The notes under the pieces were generated by a model. That model did no database searches and was not told the DNA's origin. It saw only the letters and a list, made by a program, of their open reading frames with translations. Shown here one piece after another: positions 63,453 through 64,000 of a stretch of DNA of 64,000 nucleotides. Source of the stretch: an uncultured Chthonomonadaceae bacterium (lineage in GTDB: Bacteria > Armatimonadota > Chthonomonadetes > Chthonomonadales > Chthonomonadaceae); NCBI GenBank assembly GCA_963817895.1, contig CAWFQB010000004.1:576001-640000 (forward strand), in the 5' to 3' direction. Each line of letters opens with the position of its first letter. The stretch's first letter is position 1. The position numbers and the translations under genes are program-made.

Positions 63453-64000
63453 ATGTCCGTGTTCTTGAACCGAGCGAAATCGAAACCGATGTTTGCGCCT
63501 TCCGCGTGGGTGAGTCTGCTGCTGATGGTGGCCCTGATGATCGGGGGCGGACGGGGAGCGCGAGCGACGGAGCAGTACGCGCAAAAGGAGGGCCGGGCCT
63601 GTCAATACTGCCACGTCAGCGGTCTGCCCGGCAGAATCAACGAGGTCACAAAACGGCGCGAACCCGTAGACGTTAATAAGCGCGGATTGTATTACCAGAC
63701 GCACAACCATTCGATGGATGGCTATATCGAACCGCGCGTGATTCCCAACGCGCCGCCGCCCCTGTTCCGGTTCATTGCGCGGGAAATGCTGCCGGATCGC
63801 GCGCGCCGTATCGCGGTTGCGGACGTGACGGGCGACCATACGCCGCGCCTTATAACCTTGAGCGACATTCCGAATGTCAATCTCGGCAGTATCCTATCGG
63901 TGAAAAGATGGGATGGGAAAGCGTTTGTAACCGAATTCAGCGGCGAGGCTCCCGGCGCGGTAGACAAATTGGAAGTGGGGAGGTTCGCTTCGGGCGGCAA
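63453..64000 (+). CDS. Secreted c-type cytochrome-motif protein with a following FG-GAP-like segment, 3'-partial (absent from the ORF track)
   Basis: Open frame from ATG 63453 to the window end: signal peptide, ATEQYAQKEGRACQYCHV (CxxCH), later IAVADVTGD. Confidence 0.7.
   Translation, partial: MSVFLNRAKSKPMFAPSAWVSLLLMVALMIGGGRGARATEQYAQKEGRACQYCHVSGLPGRINEVTKRREPVDVNKRGLYYQTHNHSMDGYIEPRVIPNAPPPLFRFIAREMLPDRARRIAVADVTGDHTPRLITLSDIPNVNLGSILSVKRWDGKAFVTEFSGEAPGAVDKLEVGRFASGG

Overview
This is a GC-rich bacterial chromosomal window. The lineage is inferred to be Armatimonadota-like from gene content (DUF6785, many Uma2, DUF1080 and STAND-regulator genes) and is not confirmed. Contents from left to right: (1) the end of a polysaccharide-related locus (nucleotide-sugar dehydrogenase, DUF6785 membrane protein, large secreted DNRLRE/DUF4091-like protein); (2) sugar-catabolism genes (SDRs, GH51 arabinofuranosidase, DUF1080, aldo/keto reductase); (3) a PemK/MazF toxin-antitoxin pair; (4) an AraC-controlled oxidoreductase cluster; (5) a VIT-domain plus beta-propeller gene pair divergent from an AfsR/SARP-type STAND regulator, with phased direct repeats between them; (6) ankyrin and Uma2 genes and a ricT/fmdB/IS/metG block; (7) a minus-strand pyrimidine operon with a PyrR attenuator, interleaved with accessory genes; (8) moaE/moaD/nfo, a Mesh1-like HD hydrolase fused to a T2SSE_N-like domain, a plant-arabinokinase-like kinase with a nucleotidyltransferase, a zincin and a partial c-type cytochrome. 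The most notable observations are: carB is cleanly split into two genes separated by two paralogous TM plus coiled-coil genes; the HD-T2SSE_N fusion; the vWA-less VIT/propeller/STAND module; and pervasive short inverted or tandem repeat elements, several translated in frame inside essential proteins (MetG, CarB). Many genes carry single-base frameshifts that are most likely long-read consensus errors. No rRNA, tRNA or CRISPR array was seen.
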